Origin: a virus
Taxonomy: Duplodnaviria > Caudoviricetes
Strand: one strand, 5' to 3'
Virus record (IMG/VR): IMGVR_UViG_3300030116_004476
Location: 1-28,590 of that record
DNA: 28,590 nucleotides
The position numbers were made by a program, and so were the translations under genes. Positions 6,375 to 16,039 of the stretch are shown piece after piece; position 1 is the first letter of the stretch; the number at the start of each line of letters is the position of its first letter. The notes below the pieces were generated by a model, which worked only from the letters and a program-made list of their open reading frames with translations, ran no database searches and was not told the origin of the DNA.

Positions 6375-8231
6375 ATGGCAATTAAGTTTTTAAGTGATAT
6401 TTCGTTAGAAGGTGGCCAGATTAAGGACTTTGCAATAGAAAGATTAGCTTCTAACCCATCCGGCACGCAACCTGAAGGACGAATATATTACAATACTGGT
6501 GATGATACCTTGAGGTATAACACTGGTAGTGGCTTCTTGACGCTTTCAACTAGTGCTGGATCTATGTCTAGCTGGGACTTAAGTGTTGATGATGGTACAG
6601 CAGTTTCAGTTTCAGATAGCCAAACGGTTAACTTTAATTCCGGAACTGGTATAACCGTTTCGCAGTCTACTAGAGATATTACTATAGCTTTAAGAGCTGC
6701 AACGTCATCAGTAATAGGTGGTATTGAATTATTTTCCGATACTGTTCAGTCAGTAGCAGCTAATTCAGTAACAACTACAGCTGGTAGAACATATGGTATT
6801 CAAGTAAACTCTGCTGGACAAGCAGTTGTTAACGTTCCATGGACAGATAGTGAAAATTATTCTTTTGATTTAGCAGGTGATTCTGGATCTAGTTCAATAG
6901 CAAGTGGTGGTACAGCTACAATTGCAGGTGGTACAGGTATTACTACAGCAGAGTCAGATGGTACAGTAACTGTTACAAACAGTAAACCTTTTGATAGTTT
7001 AACATTAGCCGCTACATCAGGTAGTAACTCTACTATAGCAAACTCAGGTACTATAACTTTAGCAGCTGGCACTGGTATTACAACTACTAACAATGGTTCT
7101 GGTCAAGTAACTATTGCAGCTAGCAATAATGGTACAATGAGTTCTTTCAACGTTGCTGATGACTCTGAAGATTCATTTACTATAAGTAATGGAGAAACTG
7201 TAGGTTTAGTAGGCGCTGCTAACGGTGGTATTAGCACATCAGTTGACGGAGTTAACGAAGAAGTAGACTTCTCAATGGATGTTAATGATTTATTAGCTAC
7301 AACTACTTGGGATTCTGCAGCTGATTACTTTGCAGTAGCTGATGGAACAGCAACTAGAAAAATATTATCTAGTAATATTCCAATAAATGATTTTGGAACT
7401 GCTGATGGCAATATTGCTATGGGTACTAACAAAATTACAGGATTAGGTACTCCAACTGCTAATGCAGATGCAGCTACTAAACAATATGTTGATAATGCTG
7501 TAGTTGGTGGATTACAATTTAAAGGATCATTCAACGCGTCAACTGGTGCTATATCAGGTGGTGGTAACTTAACAAGCGGTGGTTCAAGAGTTGCTATTGA
7601 AATAGGTGATTTATATATCGTAAGTACTGCTGGTAACTTCTTTGGTAATGCAGCTACACCTTTAACAATTGGTGATCAGGTTTATGCTCAAGCTGACGCA
7701 AACGCAGGGGCTTCTGTTGAAGCTGACTTTGCTGTTGTTCAGTCTGATACAGATTTAGCGACTGCAACTGCTGTTGGTTTAGCTAGTTTCCCAACTGCTG
7801 GTGGATTAGTTGTATCTTCAGGTGCTGTATCTCTTAAAGATCAATCAGGTATTTCTGCTGGTGAGTTTGGTTCTGCAAGTCAAACAGTAACTGCTACTGT
7901 AGATGCACATGGTATCTTAACAGCTTTAACAGAGCAAACTATTAGTATTACATCTTCAAATGTATCTAATTTTGCTTCAGCTGTTGATACTAGAATAGCT
8001 CTTCAAAATAATGCTAACACTGGTGAAGGAACTGGAACAAGCATTACTTTTGCTCACGGTTTAGGTACTGCTGATTTAATAGTACAGTTGTACGATATAT
8101 CAGGTTCTAATGAAGAATTAGTATATGCTGATATTAGTGTTAACTCTACTAACATAATCGTTACCTTTGGTAAATCACAAACTTTAAGCAACTATAGAAT
8201 AGTTTGTCAAGAAGTTTCTGAGAACTCATAA
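6375..8231 (+). CDS. Tail fibre protein, 618 aa
   Basis: Four roughly 42-aa repeats ending in GTGIT-like motifs; YadA-stalk-like KITGLGTPTANADAATKQYVD; C-terminal HGLG domain. Confidence 0.7.
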   Translation: MAIKFLSDISLEGGQIKDFAIERLASNPSGTQPEGRIYYNTGDDTLRYNTGSGFLTLSTSAGSMSSWDLSVDDGTAVSVSDSQTVNFNSGTGITVSQSTRDITIALRAATSSVIGGIELFSDTVQSVAANSVTTTAGRTYGIQVNSAGQAVVNVPWTDSENYSFDLAGDSGSSSIASGGTATIAGGTGITTAESDGTVTVTNSKPFDSLTLAATSGSNSTIANSGTITLAAGTGITTTNNGSGQVTIAASNNGTMSSFNVADDSEDSFTISNGETVGLVGAANGGISTSVDGVNEEVDFSMDVNDLLATTTWDSAADYFAVADGTATRKILSSNIPINDFGTADGNIAMGTNKITGLGTPTANADAATKQYVDNAVVGGLQFKGSFNASTGAISGGGNLTSGGSRVAIEIGDLYIVSTAGNFFGNAATPLTIGDQVYAQADANAGASVEADFAVVQSDTDLATATAVGLASFPTAGGLVVSSGAVSLKDQSGISAGEFGSASQTVTATVDAHGILTALTEQTISITSSNVSNFASAVDTRIALQNNANTGEGTGTSITFAHGLGTADLIVQLYDISGSNEELVYADISVNSTNIIVTFGKSQTLSNYRIVCQEVSENS

Positions 8232-8243
8232 TAATAAACAATG

Positions 8244-8285
8244 CTAGTTAAAAGGGCTGTTAACGCAGCCCTTATACTAGTTTTT
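8244..8285 (+). terminator. Rho-independent terminator
   Basis: CTAGT..AAGGGCTG-TTAACG-CAGCCCTT..ACTAG followed by TTTTT. Confidence 0.75.
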
Positions 8286-8301
8286 AAATTAAATTTAAAT
8301 A

Positions 8302-8745
8302 ATGGCAGTAAAGTTTTTAAATAACATAGAAGTAGAAGGTGATACAGACATTACTTCTGGAGCTTTAAGCGTCGGTAGTATAACTGAAACTACGACCAAT
8401 GGAGCTATATATGCTGCTAATGATGTTGTAGCTTTCGCAACTTCTGATGCGAGGTTGAAAAAATATCCTAAAAATATTAAAAACGCTTTAGACAAAGTAG
8501 ATGCAATAAACGGCGTAAACTTCATATGGAGAAAAGCAAATGAAGACGTTCAAAAAAATGTACACTCGTTTGAAGGGAGAGACGTAGGCGTCATTGCACA
8601 AGAAGTAGAAAAAGTATTACCTGAAGTTGTTGTAACTAGAGAAACAGGTTACAAAGCAGTTAAATACGAAAAGATTGTGCCTTTACTAATTGAGGCAATT
8701 AAAGAATTAAGATTAGAAGTAGAAGAATTAAAAAAAGATAAATAA
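8302..8745 (+). CDS. Tail fibre intramolecular chaperone (peptidase S74-type) domain protein, 147 aa
   Basis: SDARLKK...ALDKV..INGVNF.W...GVIAQEVEKVLPEVV...V.YEKIVPLLIEAIKEL signature with C-terminal coiled coil. Confidence 0.85.
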   Translation: MAVKFLNNIEVEGDTDITSGALSVGSITETTTNGAIYAANDVVAFATSDARLKKYPKNIKNALDKVDAINGVNFIWRKANEDVQKNVHSFEGRDVGVIAQEVEKVLPEVVVTRETGYKAVKYEKIVPLLIEAIKELRLEVEELKKDK

Positions 8746-9872
8746 TGCCATTACCAGAATCAGGCAGAATAACTATAGACGAGATATGCGATGAGTTTAG
8801 CGTTGAGAAAAGCAGCGTTGATTTATCAAATGACTTAGGGCCTTTAATAGGTATAGAAGCAGGTAGTAAAGTTAGATTAACTGATTTTTATGGGGCTTCA
8901 GGTTCAGCGACCCCAGGTTCTGTATTTAGAAGAGGATCAACAAATCAATTTAGTATTGGTAATAGAATTATAATGAAAAGTACCCAAGAGCCTACTACAG
9001 CTATGAGGCTAGGAAATGGTAATACATTTACAGTTAATTTTTGGGTAAAAGCAGGGTGGACACCGGCATTAAGTAGTTATGGTAAAAACCAATTTTTAAT
9101 TGGCTGGGGAGGTAATGCAGTTCATCCTAATTACCAATCTAATGTTTATAATCAAATTTGGAGATGTTGGTATGATGAGTCTCTTAATAGACTTTGGACT
9201 GGATTTTTAGGAGACGATGCTAATGGAAATCCAAGATATACGCAAAACTTTTGGTTCTTCCACAAAAACAGTGGAACACCTAATATATCAACTGTTTCAG
9301 GATTAGGCACTTCTTACTGGACTAATCAAAATAGAGGTAACACCAATGATAATGATTTTACCATGATTACTATAACTGTTAACAATAATTTTAACTCTGG
9401 TAATGTTAAGCTTTGGTGGAATGGTAATTATGTTGGAACACCTTTTTATAGCACAGCTAGTAATAATGGAACACCGCTAAATGACACTGACGTTGCTAGA
9501 GGTATGCTACTGCTGGGAGCTCCTTATTCTCAAAATAACTCGACATATGGTGGAACTCTTGATGAAAAGTCTGGTTATTTAGGTGGAAATGGAGATACGT
9601 ATGTTGATGAAGTAAGCATATGGGATAGTGTATTATCATCATCAGATTTAGCTAGCTTATACAATAGTGGTGATGGAGGTTCAATATCTACAAGCACACA
9701 ACCTGAAGGTTTAATAGCATATTGGAATTTTGATTCAACTTCTCAAGATACAACTAATAAAACTGTATTACCTATATGGCCAAATCCTAGTACAAATAGT
9801 AATAAAGGAAAAATAGAAATAGACGGTAACTCTGGGTTTGGTAGTGGTACTAATACTATAAATGGAACGTAA
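8745..9872 (+). CDS. LamG/concanavalin A-like receptor-binding (adhesin) protein, 375 aa
   Basis: FTVNFWVK, VKLWWNG, VDEVSIWDSVLSSSDLASLYN, LIAYWNFD LamG motifs; N-terminal LPESGRITI..I..EF...LTDFYG fibre-tip attachment-like segment. Confidence 0.7.
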   Translation: MPLPESGRITIDEICDEFSVEKSSVDLSNDLGPLIGIEAGSKVRLTDFYGASGSATPGSVFRRGSTNQFSIGNRIIMKSTQEPTTAMRLGNGNTFTVNFWVKAGWTPALSSYGKNQFLIGWGGNAVHPNYQSNVYNQIWRCWYDESLNRLWTGFLGDDANGNPRYTQNFWFFHKNSGTPNISTVSGLGTSYWTNQNRGNTNDNDFTMITITVNNNFNSGNVKLWWNGNYVGTPFYSTASNNGTPLNDTDVARGMLLLGAPYSQNNSTYGGTLDEKSGYLGGNGDTYVDEVSIWDSVLSSSDLASLYNSGDGGSISTSTQPEGLIAYWNFDSTSQDTTNKTVLPIWPNPSTNSNKGKIEIDGNSGFGSGTNTINGT

Positions 9873-10147
9873 TGGAATATTATTATGAATTATCAATGGA
9901 TCAATTTTGGGCATTGTCAAGAGAAATTATAATATCTGCAGACCAACAAATAGGAAGACAAAAGATTATTATTATTGCTAATGAGCAATTAGAAAATTAT
10001 TTAAGAGTTTTTGATAACGCTGTAGAAGTAGATGCTTATGCAGAAAATAATAATTACCCAAGTATAGACTGGTCAGGCGATTTACCAATACCATTTTATG
10101 AGCCAGAAGCTGATGATCCTGTATTCAGAGGCGAAGTAACTTATTGA
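9872..10147 (+). CDS. Hypothetical acidic protein, 91 aa
   Basis: ORF track; TAATG coupling to the adhesin gene. Confidence 0.7.
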   Translation: MEYYYELSMDQFWALSREIIISADQQIGRQKIIIIANEQLENYLRVFDNAVEVDAYAENNNYPSIDWSGDLPIPFYEPEADDPVFRGEVTY

Positions 10148-10219
10148 CTACAAATGTAGAAAACCAAACTATCAAGTGATAGTATATAATAACCAACGTT
10201 TAACTTAAAACCAAATACA

Positions 10220-10510
10220 ATGACGTTTTTATATACCCGCACTAATACGTGGACTAGTGCACCACAACCAAGCGAAAAAACCATTAAACTATGGGAACAT
10301 GTTACACAGAAGAAAAACTGGAGAATAGTTCAACTACCTAATGGATTTTTACAAACCGAATACAAAGACATAGCTAGTGAAAACTGGATCGATGTCACCA
10401 GAAGAGAAACAATAACTGGAGCTGAACAAGCAATAGATAGTTCAATAGAACATTATAAAAAGAAGTTAGAGTTTACCAAAGGACCGAAAGTAGTAAAAAC
10501 CTTCGAGTAA
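10220..10510 (+). CDS. Hypothetical protein upstream of groEL, 96 aa
   Basis: ORF track; A-rich leader. Confidence 0.75.
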   Translation: MTFLYTRTNTWTSAPQPSEKTIKLWEHVTQKKNWRIVQLPNGFLQTEYKDIASENWIDVTRRETITGAEQAIDSSIEHYKKKLEFTKGPKVVKTFE

Positions 10511-10543
10511 AGTATTCAAACAAATAATATTAAATTAAATTAA

Positions 10544-12091
10544 ATGCAAGAATTAAAGTTAGTTAAAAACCTGGCTTTTGGCGAATATGCTAGAAGTCAG
10601 GTATTAACTGGCGTTGAGAAACTAACTAATGCAGTAGGTTCAACGCTAGGAGCAAGTGGTAAATGTGTTATATTAGAAGATAGCAATGGTCAACCACAAA
10701 TAACTAAGGATGGAGTAAGCGTAGCTAATGCTATTACATTACAAGATCCTATTGAAAATATTGGAGCAACACTAATTAAACAAGCTGCTCAAAGAACAGT
10801 ATCAGATGCTGGCGATGGTACAACTACAGCAACTGTTCTTGCTAAAGCTATATTAGATGAAGCTCAAACTCACTCTTTGTTAGATGATGGAAGAAGCATG
10901 AAAGAAGGTATTAACAAAGGTGTTGTTAAAGTTTTAGAGTATATAACTAAAAACTCTAAAAAAGTAACAGGTAAAAAAATTGATCAAGTAGCTACTATAT
11001 CAGCTAACAATGATAAAGAGCTTGGTGAGATTATAGGTAAGGCTTTTAAAATGGTTGATGAAACAGGTATAGTCATGATGGAAACTAATGAACAGCCTGA
11101 AACAGTAGTTGAGCTAATAGAAGGTGTTCAGTATGATCAAGCCTTGAAAAATAACCATTTTATTACCAACAAAGAAAAAGGAACGGCTGAGTTAGATAAT
11201 CCACTCGTACTCATCGTTGAGTCACAAATAACCAACATAAGGAAAATTCAGTCGATCCTTGAATATGTAATTAAAAATGGTAAAAGTCTTTTAATCATTG
11301 CAGACGTAGATCAACAAGTAACTTCTGCTTTAGCTATGAACAAAATGAAGGGCAATATAAAAGTAAACATTATAGATGCTCCTGTTTATGGAATAAATAA
11401 AAAAGATATATTAGAAGATTTATGTGCTGTAACAGGCGCTAAACTTATTAATGAAGATTTAGGAGACGACATGGATCTTATTCAGCCTGAGTTTTTAGGT
11501 TCTTGTATTAAGTCAATTACTAATCACGAAGAAACTATATTACGGGTAGATTTATCAGATAAACCTAAAGTTAAAGAAACTATAGATTTATTAGAAGATC
11601 AAATAAAAAATACTAAAAATCCTAATATAATAATAAGACTAGAAAAAAGATTAGCCAAACTTAATGCTAAAGTAGCTACAGTAAAGGTAGGTGCTAATTC
11701 TGAAGTAGAACTAAAAGAAAAGAAAGATAGAGTAGAAGATGCTATTTGTGCTACAAAAGCCGCGATAAAAGAAGGTATAGTGCCTGGTGGTGGGATTGCG
11801 TTGTTAAACGCTAGCATGCATTTAAAAGCAGAATGTATTGGAGAAGAAGTATTGTATCAAGCAATACGTAAACCATACGAGCTTATATTAAAAAATGCAG
11901 GCGTAATAGAATATGTTGATCCAAACGAAAAAGGTAAAGGACTAAACGTGGTTACAGGAGAAACGGTAGATATGGTAAACGCCGGAATTATTGATCCTTT
12001 ACTAGTTACTAAAAGTGCTTTAATTAACGCGGCTTCAGTAGCAACAACTATATTATCAACTGATTGTGTAATTAATAATATTAGAGCATGA
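10544..12091 (+). CDS. groEL: Phage chaperonin GroEL (Cpn60), 515 aa
   Basis: ITKDGVSVA, AGDGTTTATVLA, ATISAN, KVGANSEVELKEKKDRVEDA, GIVPGGGIALL, GIIDP..V...AL.NAASVA motifs; no GGM tail. Confidence 0.97.
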   Translation: MQELKLVKNLAFGEYARSQVLTGVEKLTNAVGSTLGASGKCVILEDSNGQPQITKDGVSVANAITLQDPIENIGATLIKQAAQRTVSDAGDGTTTATVLAKAILDEAQTHSLLDDGRSMKEGINKGVVKVLEYITKNSKKVTGKKIDQVATISANNDKELGEIIGKAFKMVDETGIVMMETNEQPETVVELIEGVQYDQALKNNHFITNKEKGTAELDNPLVLIVESQITNIRKIQSILEYVIKNGKSLLIIADVDQQVTSALAMNKMKGNIKVNIIDAPVYGINKKDILEDLCAVTGAKLINEDLGDDMDLIQPEFLGSCIKSITNHEETILRVDLSDKPKVKETIDLLEDQIKNTKNPNIIIRLEKRLAKLNAKVATVKVGANSEVELKEKKDRVEDAICATKAAIKEGIVPGGGIALLNASMHLKAECIGEEVLYQAIRKPYELILKNAGVIEYVDPNEKGKGLNVVTGETVDMVNAGIIDPLLVTKSALINAASVATTILSTDCVINNIRA

Positions 12092-12348
12092 GAGCAGTAG
12101 GTAAATATATAGTTATAGAGCAAATAAAAGAAGTTGACGTTAAAACCAAAGGTGGTTTAATCTTAGCTGAAAAGCAAAGAGAAGACGTTAGATACAGAAG
12201 AGCTAAGGTTATTAAACCTGGCTCTGATGTAGAAGTGTTAAAAACAGGTGATGAAATATATTATGATAAAGCAGCTGGTTTTAATATTGAAATAAACAAA
12301 GAACAATATAAGGTTATTAAAGAACACGATGTAGTTATAGTATTATGA
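12088..12348 (+). CDS. groES: Phage co-chaperonin GroES (Cpn10), 86 aa
   Basis: Mobile loop KTKGGLIL, LKTGDEIYY, IKEHDVVIVL; ATGA-coupled to groEL. Confidence 0.9.
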   Translation: MRAVGKYIVIEQIKEVDVKTKGGLILAEKQREDVRYRRAKVIKPGSDVEVLKTGDEIYYDKAAGFNIEINKEQYKVIKEHDVVIVL

Positions 12349-13079
12349 GTTTTAGCAAAAAGTTTATAAACAAAAGCCCTATTAAAAAGACTGAAGATGG
12401 AAATCCAATTATAGATTTTTTGCCAACTTTAGTTAAAGAAGGAGGAAAATTTGTTAAAAGCCAAATAGCTAAAAATATAAGCCCAAGAGGTTATTATGAT
12501 CCTTTAGGAAGAGTAAGTAGAGCTGTAGTAGGAATACCTGAAGAAGGTTCTGTTAATAAAGATGAATATTATAAAACTCTTAAACAAACACCTGACATTG
12601 TAAAGTTTCAAGATGCTACTAAAGAAAGACAGGATCTATTTAGTTTAATGATGACAGGAAAAACTCCAAACAACGCTGTACAAGTTTCAAAATACAAACC
12701 AACTAAAAGTAAAGATCCTAATGCTATTTACTATAATTCACCAACTACTGAAAATTTTTTAAAAGAGCAAATAAAAAAAGGTGAATACGATATTTCAAAG
12801 TGGCCTAAAAAAGGTAGTCAATACTTTGGTGATTCTGGAAATGTATTAGGTAATTACACCGTTAATAAAGGTATAGATAAAGATGGAAGAGAATATTTTT
12901 CATATTATGATGTTTGGGATTTAAACCCTTTCCAAGGTAAAGGTATTAAAGATAAATTAGCTACAACAGCTCAAGAAGCTATAGGTGTTAAGCCTGCTGA
13001 GGTTTATGGAAGAGTATATGTAGATGAAGTGGTAGAAGAGCCTTGGCAAAAGAAAATGGAAAATAAAAACAAGCTGTGA
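12345..13079 (+). CDS. Hypothetical protein, 244 aa (possible internal virion protein)
   Basis: ORF track; N-terminus MSFSKKFINKSPIKK. Confidence 0.7.
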   Translation: MSFSKKFINKSPIKKTEDGNPIIDFLPTLVKEGGKFVKSQIAKNISPRGYYDPLGRVSRAVVGIPEEGSVNKDEYYKTLKQTPDIVKFQDATKERQDLFSLMMTGKTPNNAVQVSKYKPTKSKDPNAIYYNSPTTENFLKEQIKKGEYDISKWPKKGSQYFGDSGNVLGNYTVNKGIDKDGREYFSYYDVWDLNPFQGKGIKDKLATTAQEAIGVKPAEVYGRVYVDEVVEEPWQKKMENKNKL

Positions 13080-13507
13080 GACTTAGTTCTTCTGACTTAA
13101 AAGATCTTAAACTTTTAAAACATTACAGGGTAATACGTAAATGGGCATGTAAAACGTGTAATCTTAAAGATGCAGACCTTGAGTTATTAATATATCTTGA
13201 TGCTATTGAGTTCTTTACAAAAGATGATTTTAAAAAAGGTACATACTCTTACAGCTGGGACAATAGACGCTGGAACAGATTATTGAAACAAGGGTGGATA
13301 GTAGTGTGGAGAGAAAGAAATCGCACAACCCAAAAATATCATATATATAAAGTTTCCTATAAGTGTAAGCAGCTAATAAGTAGAATGTATCGTATTATGT
13401 TAGGTGAAGAAGATATGCCTACAAAAGTGTTAGATAAAAATAATAAATATAGTTATAAGGTTACGGCCGCAGCTATAAGATATGCAAACAAAGATAAATT
13501 AAAATAA
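13076..13507 (+). CDS. Putative winged-helix DNA-binding protein, 143 aa
   Basis: LKDADLELLIYL ... RLLKQGWI ... YKVSYKCKQL resembles a MarR-type wHTH pattern; GTG start. Confidence 0.45.
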   Translation: MRLSSSDLKDLKLLKHYRVIRKWACKTCNLKDADLELLIYLDAIEFFTKDDFKKGTYSYSWDNRRWNRLLKQGWIVVWRERNRTTQKYHIYKVSYKCKQLISRMYRIMLGEEDMPTKVLDKNNKYSYKVTAAAIRYANKDKLK

Positions 13508-14046
13508 TGGGAGTACCAGGAAAAACAAGCGGCCACTCTATACAAATAGTTTTAGGCGGCAGTAAGAAAAACAGAGGATTAAATCCTAATAGTCCAATTA
13601 ACAACTTAAACCCAGGTCAAAAAGCTTTAGCTAAAGATGGACCTGATGGTTTAAAAGCTGTTGCGGCTATGGAAAACAAAAGCGTAGAAGAAGTAAAGAG
13701 TATGGTTAATAGAGCCGGATCACCGGTGCGTATGATGAATAACAACATGCTTAATCAAACTGATATGGGCCAAATGCCTTTTCAGAATAATGCTATTGTG
13801 AACGCTCAAGGTATGAAGCAAATGGATATGAGTGTAAATCCAAATATACCAGGAACTTTACCGGGAAGTGGTAATGTGCCAGGAAACCAACAAATACCAA
13901 ACCCAGTAGCGAAACTAGAAGATGAACCAAAATCTTCAATAAAAGCTATGGAAGTAAAGCAAGTTAGCAAAGGTAGAACTGAAGTTCAAGAGGAAGGAAA
14001 TAAAGATGTTAAAAAAAGAACAGCTAGACTAACCGGTTCTTTTTAA
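13507..14046 (+). CDS. Low-complexity N/M/P/Q-rich hypothetical protein, 179 aa
   Basis: ORF track. Confidence 0.7.
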   Translation: MGVPGKTSGHSIQIVLGGSKKNRGLNPNSPINNLNPGQKALAKDGPDGLKAVAAMENKSVEEVKSMVNRAGSPVRMMNNNMLNQTDMGQMPFQNNAIVNAQGMKQMDMSVNPNIPGTLPGSGNVPGNQQIPNPVAKLEDEPKSSIKAMEVKQVSKGRTEVQEEGNKDVKKRTARLTGSF

Positions 14047-14063
14047 ACTTAAAAAATATTAAA

Positions 14064-14204
14064 ATGTCAGGAAAAGATATAAGCCCAAAACAAAAACCAT
14101 TAGGCGAAAGAAAAATGGTTTCTAGAAACGAAACAATTAAAACAACTTTAAAAATTGATAATTGTGAGTATAAAGGTAACGCTGTTTTAAACGCTAACAA
14201 ATGA
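14064..14204 (+). CDS. Hypothetical micro-protein, 46 aa (MSGKDISPKQKPLG...)
   Basis: Hand-translated; A-rich leader; ATGA overlap with the next ORF. Confidence 0.6.
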   Translation: MSGKDISPKQKPLGERKMVSRNETIKTTLKIDNCEYKGNAVLNANK

Positions 14205-14365
14205 TCGGCATAGAAGACTTGAAGTTGTATTGTTTAAATATAACTTCATTTACTATCGCAAGTTTAGACTGGATGGAACCTGTGTTAGAGATAATATTGT
14301 TATTAATGACCATTGGCTATACAGCGCATAAATGGTGGAAATTAAGAAAAGGTGAAAAAGTTTAA
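14201..14365 (+). CDS. Small membrane protein, holin candidate, 54 aa (MIGIEDLKLYCLN...IILLLMTIGYTAHKWWKLRK)
   Basis: Hand-translated; hydrophobic helices and basic C-terminus, about 400 bp upstream of the endolysin. Confidence 0.55.
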   Translation: MIGIEDLKLYCLNITSFTIASLDWMEPVLEIILLLMTIGYTAHKWWKLRKGEKV

Positions 14366-14771
14366 TAAAAGAAGAGATATTAATTCCATGGTAAATATGA
14401 TGGGCAAATTAAAACGCCCATCAGAAAGTACCATAGCTAATTTAAAATCTATAGAAGATATGTTAGCTAGCGATGAAAGCGGCTACGTAATTCCACCTAT
14501 TAGTTCTAATATTAGTGCAATTGAAGATGATCAATTAAAAGACAGTAAAAAGAAAGATAATTCACTATCGTTAAAAGAAGATCAAAAGAAAACATTGGAA
14601 GAAGCTATAGAGTCAGGTGATAAAAAAGCTATTAGAAAATCTGATGCTAAAGGTAGATACAAAAGAGCTGCCATGCAAGATTTGAAAGGAAAACAAAATA
14701 AAGAAATAGAAAAAGCTTCTGAAACCGTAAAATTAATAGGTGAAGTAAATAGATTAAATCCAGAAGGATGA
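14352..14771 (+). CDS. Hypothetical charged protein, up to 139 aa
   Basis: ORF track; start uncertain. Confidence 0.6.
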   Translation: MKKFNKRRDINSMVNMMGKLKRPSESTIANLKSIEDMLASDESGYVIPPISSNISAIEDDQLKDSKKKDNSLSLKEDQKKTLEEAIESGDKKAIRKSDAKGRYKRAAMQDLKGKQNKEIEKASETVKLIGEVNRLNPEG

Positions 14772-15181
14772 GAAGTATTAAAGAAATAATTATTCACTGT
14801 TCAGCCACAAGAGAAGGTCAGGAAATAAGCGTTGACACAATAAGAAAGTGGCACGTTGAAGGCCGTGGTTGGTCAGACATAGGCTATCATTTCTACATTG
14901 ACATACATGGTGAAATACACAAAGGTAGAGACATAGCTAATATCGGAGCTCATTGCAAGGGTCACAATCGACATTCTATAGGGATATGCTATTGCGGAGG
15001 CGTTGAAGCAGATGGTAAGACTCCGAAAGATACTAGAACACCTGAACAAAAGCAAGGTTTGTTACATGTGCTTAAAACATTAAAAGCAATGTATCCAGCC
15101 GCTACTATATATTCACACAACGAGTTTGCTAATAAAGCATGCCCGTCATTTAACGCAACTGATGAGTACAAAGATCTCTGA
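14768..15181 (+). CDS. Endolysin, N-acetylmuramoyl-L-alanine amidase (T7 lysozyme / Amidase_2 type)
   Basis: IIIHCSAT, GWSDIGYHF, GAHCKGHN..SIGICYCGG, HNEFANKACPSF (Zn ligands H, H, C). Confidence 0.92.
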   Translation: MRSIKEIIIHCSATREGQEISVDTIRKWHVEGRGWSDIGYHFYIDIHGEIHKGRDIANIGAHCKGHNRHSIGICYCGGVEADGKTPKDTRTPEQKQGLLHVLKTLKAMYPAATIYSHNEFANKACPSFNATDEYKDL

Positions 15182-15575
15182 AAATACTTCCGTACAACTT
15201 GACTTAAAAACTGTAATTGCTATAATAACCATAACCGCTTCTTTCGTAGGTATGTATTATACGCTGCAAGCAGATATTGAAGAAGCTAAAAAATTACCGC
15301 CTACTGAAGTTAAACGTCTTGAGTATGATTTAAAAGAAGAGTGGAATAAAGAAAATATTGAAGAGCTTAAACAACGCGTTGATATGCTAGAACAAGTAGA
15401 TGATGTAGTATTTGAAGAAATAAATATATTATCTACACTTATAAAAGACGGCACTGAAAACGATGGCAAACTAGAAGAGCTACATAAGCAACTAGAAGAA
15501 TTACAAAATAGAAAACCTAAAACAACTGTAATAGTTAAAGAAGTTGCAGTAGATAAAAAAGGTAGAAAACTTTAA
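15162..15575 (+). CDS. Single-TM coiled-coil protein (possible spanin-like), about 137 aa
   Basis: ATG 15162 (MSTKISENT...), TM VIAIITITASFVGMYY then coiled coil; directly after the endolysin. Confidence 0.5.
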   Translation: MSTKISENTSVQLDLKTVIAIITITASFVGMYYTLQADIEEAKKLPPTEVKRLEYDLKEEWNKENIEELKQRVDMLEQVDDVVFEEINILSTLIKDGTENDGKLEELHKQLEELQNRKPKTTVIVKEVAVDKKGRKL

Positions 15576-15578
15576 GCA

Positions 15579-15869
15579 ATGAGTAAAAAAAAGAAAATAA
15601 AGAAAACAGTAGAAAAACTAAGAGAAGTTGAAGAGCAATTAGGTGGCGCTGTTGTTGCTCATGGCAATCAACAAAAAGTTGTGGGAGCTACAGCAGACGC
15701 GTTAGAAAGTGGCAGTATGGCTGCTAAAATAAAAAGAACTAAAATATCTCCTGCTTGTAAAGCTGCTGCTAAAAGAAAATTTAAAGTATGGCCTAGTGCT
15801 TATGCTAGTGGATGGGGTGTTAGATGTACTAGAAACCCAGGTAAATACTTAGGTAGAAAAAAGAAATGA
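15579..15869 (+). CDS. Basic mini-protein (KFKVWPSAYASGW motif), 96 aa
   Basis: ORF track; K/R-rich. Confidence 0.75.
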   Translation: MSKKKKIKKTVEKLREVEEQLGGAVVAHGNQQKVVGATADALESGSMAAKIKRTKISPACKAAAKRKFKVWPSAYASGWGVRCTRNPGKYLGRKKK

Positions 15870-16039
15870 AAAAGCGTGGCGGTGAATATCGCGGCACGTT
15901 AAAAGCTAGAATAAATAAACTGTATGGTGGTGATGTAACTTGTGCTAAAGTTAAAAAACTTAAGTCAAGAAAAGGAGCAACTAAAAGAGACGTACAACTA
16001 GCTAATTGGTTTATTAACATGCATAACTGTAAGATATAA
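15866..16039 (+). CDS. Basic mini-protein, 57 aa (MKKRGGEYRGTLKARINKLYGGDVTC...WFINMHNCKI)
   Basis: Hand-translated; ATGA and TAATG overlaps with neighbours. Confidence 0.7.
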   Translation: MKKRGGEYRGTLKARINKLYGGDVTCAKVKKLKSRKGATKRDVQLANWFINMHNCKI

